A DNA stretch of 64,000 nucleotides, taken from contig MNCI01000596.1 of the NCBI GenBank assembly GCA_015680685.1, positions 460,875-524,874 on the forward strand, in the 5' to 3' direction. Positions 63,041 through 64,000 of the stretch are shown piece after piece. Every line of letters begins with the position of its first letter. Position 1 is the first letter of the stretch. Source of the stretch: Gnetum montanum. Lineage: Eukaryota > Plantae > Gnetophyta. The notes under the pieces are model-generated. The model was not told where the DNA came from. It saw only the letters and a program-made list of their open reading frames with translations, and made no database searches. Made by a program: the position numbers and the translations under genes.

Positions 63041-63383
63041 NNNNNNNNNNNNNNNNNNNNNNNNNNNNNNNNNNNNNNNNNNNNNNNNNNNNNNNNNNNN
63101 NNNNNNNNNNNNNNNNNNNNNNNNNNNNNNNNNNNNNNNNNNNNNNNNNNNNNNNNNNNNNNNNNNNNNNNNNNNNNNNNNNNNNNNNNNNNNNNNNNNN
63201 NNNNNNNNNNNNNNNNNNNNNNNNNNNNNNNNNNNNNNNNNNNNNNNNNNNNNNNNNNNNNNNNNNNNNNNNNNNNNNNNNNNNNNNNNNNNNNNNNNNN
63301 NNNNNNNNNNNNNNNNNNNNNNNNNNNNNNNNNNNNNNNNNNNNNNNNNNNNNNNNNNNNNNNNNNNNNNNNNNNNNNNNNNN
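63041..63383. other. Assembly gap (343 N) covering the integrase C-terminus of C
   Basis: Run of N. Confidence 1.
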
Positions 63384-64000
63384 GGATCTCTCCCTTACAA
63401 CTCAGTCATGGGGGAGATGGCCACCTATGCTAACCATATGGGGCCCTCAGTTCTTTTAGGTATTTGTTTTACATGTTTTTGTTTTACAACGTTTTTATTT
63501 TACAACATTTTTGTTTTACACATTTTTGTTTTACAAATTTCTTTAACTTTTCTAATTTTTGTTTTACAACTTTCTTTAACTTTTGATGTTTTTGTTTTAC
63601 ACCATCGTTATACTTTTCTATTTTTGTGTGTGTGTGTGTGTGTCATCCACCATGTAAGTTCGTCACCCAATAAGTGTTCAGGCCGATGGTATGAACTGTT
63701 TCATATTGATTGCTAATGTTGGTTTTTACCTTTAAGTTACATCGTTGATACTAAGGTATGTTTCTTTTGATATGGCAGGTAATGAGATCACTTCATCCAT
63801 CCATCCACCAGAGTCTATGGTTTCTCTTCGCTTGGAAATGTACAGTCCCCTTTTCTAATAAGAACTTTAATGAACTGGTGACTGGGTATTTCTCAAACTA
63901 AGGAAGGACTCAATGCTTGCAAAGGGTGTGACTTCAAGGGAACTTGGTGCTCTTGTGTTGGTCATTCACTTGGGTGCTTGGATGTTTTCTTCTTGAGTTT

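Larger units (their letters stand above)
56160..64000 (+). mobile_element. Athila-like element C (5' LTR, gag-PR-RT-RH-INT, 3' region running past the window end)
   Basis: LTR TGATGAG...CTCATCA, PBS, complete domain order; the 3' region is homologous to B 51800 onward. Predicted TSD TGGTC (56155-56159). Confidence 0.95.

Noticed and set aside
62627-63433. 268-aa ORF in the track
   Set aside because: It reads through a 343-N gap; only the integrase core before 63040 is real.

Overview
Land-plant nuclear DNA, AT-rich and transposon-dense; the TE complement suggests a non-angiosperm such as a fern or lycophyte (inference). Two intact convergent host genes were reconstructed with phase-consistent GT-AG splicing: a DNase I-like (EEP) family gene (+, 5 exons, 17413-21876, 440 aa) and the signal recognition particle receptor beta subunit (-, 6 coding exons, 41282-23226, 250 aa) with a 14.65-kb TE-filled intron. 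The rest is nested retroelements. There are four related Athila-like Ty3/gypsy elements: A (-, 1768-7920); D (+, intronic, ~31600-37770); B (+, 47475-54511, two LTRs, TSD CATAG, pol deleted); and C (+, 56160 to the window end, near-complete gag-pol). Also present are a decayed Tekay/chromovirus, an unrelated LTR inserted into A, an L1 fragment and an RTE-X/CR1-like LINE. The most interesting signals are in the Athila-like family: (1) a covarying RNA hairpin module with a repeated CGA/GNNCGGN internal loop in the LTR leader, amplified to four copies in C; (2) a +1 frame break at the same site between protease and RT in two diverged copies; (3) arrays of the palindrome GCGATATCGC ahead of the TATA box; (4) a GGTACC-loop hairpin next to the PBS; (5) an unusual ~290-aa Gag N-terminal extension and a CxC-x14-CxxC motif. 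A three-exon pseudogene of unknown identity is nested in the long intron. All alignments and folds were done by eye.
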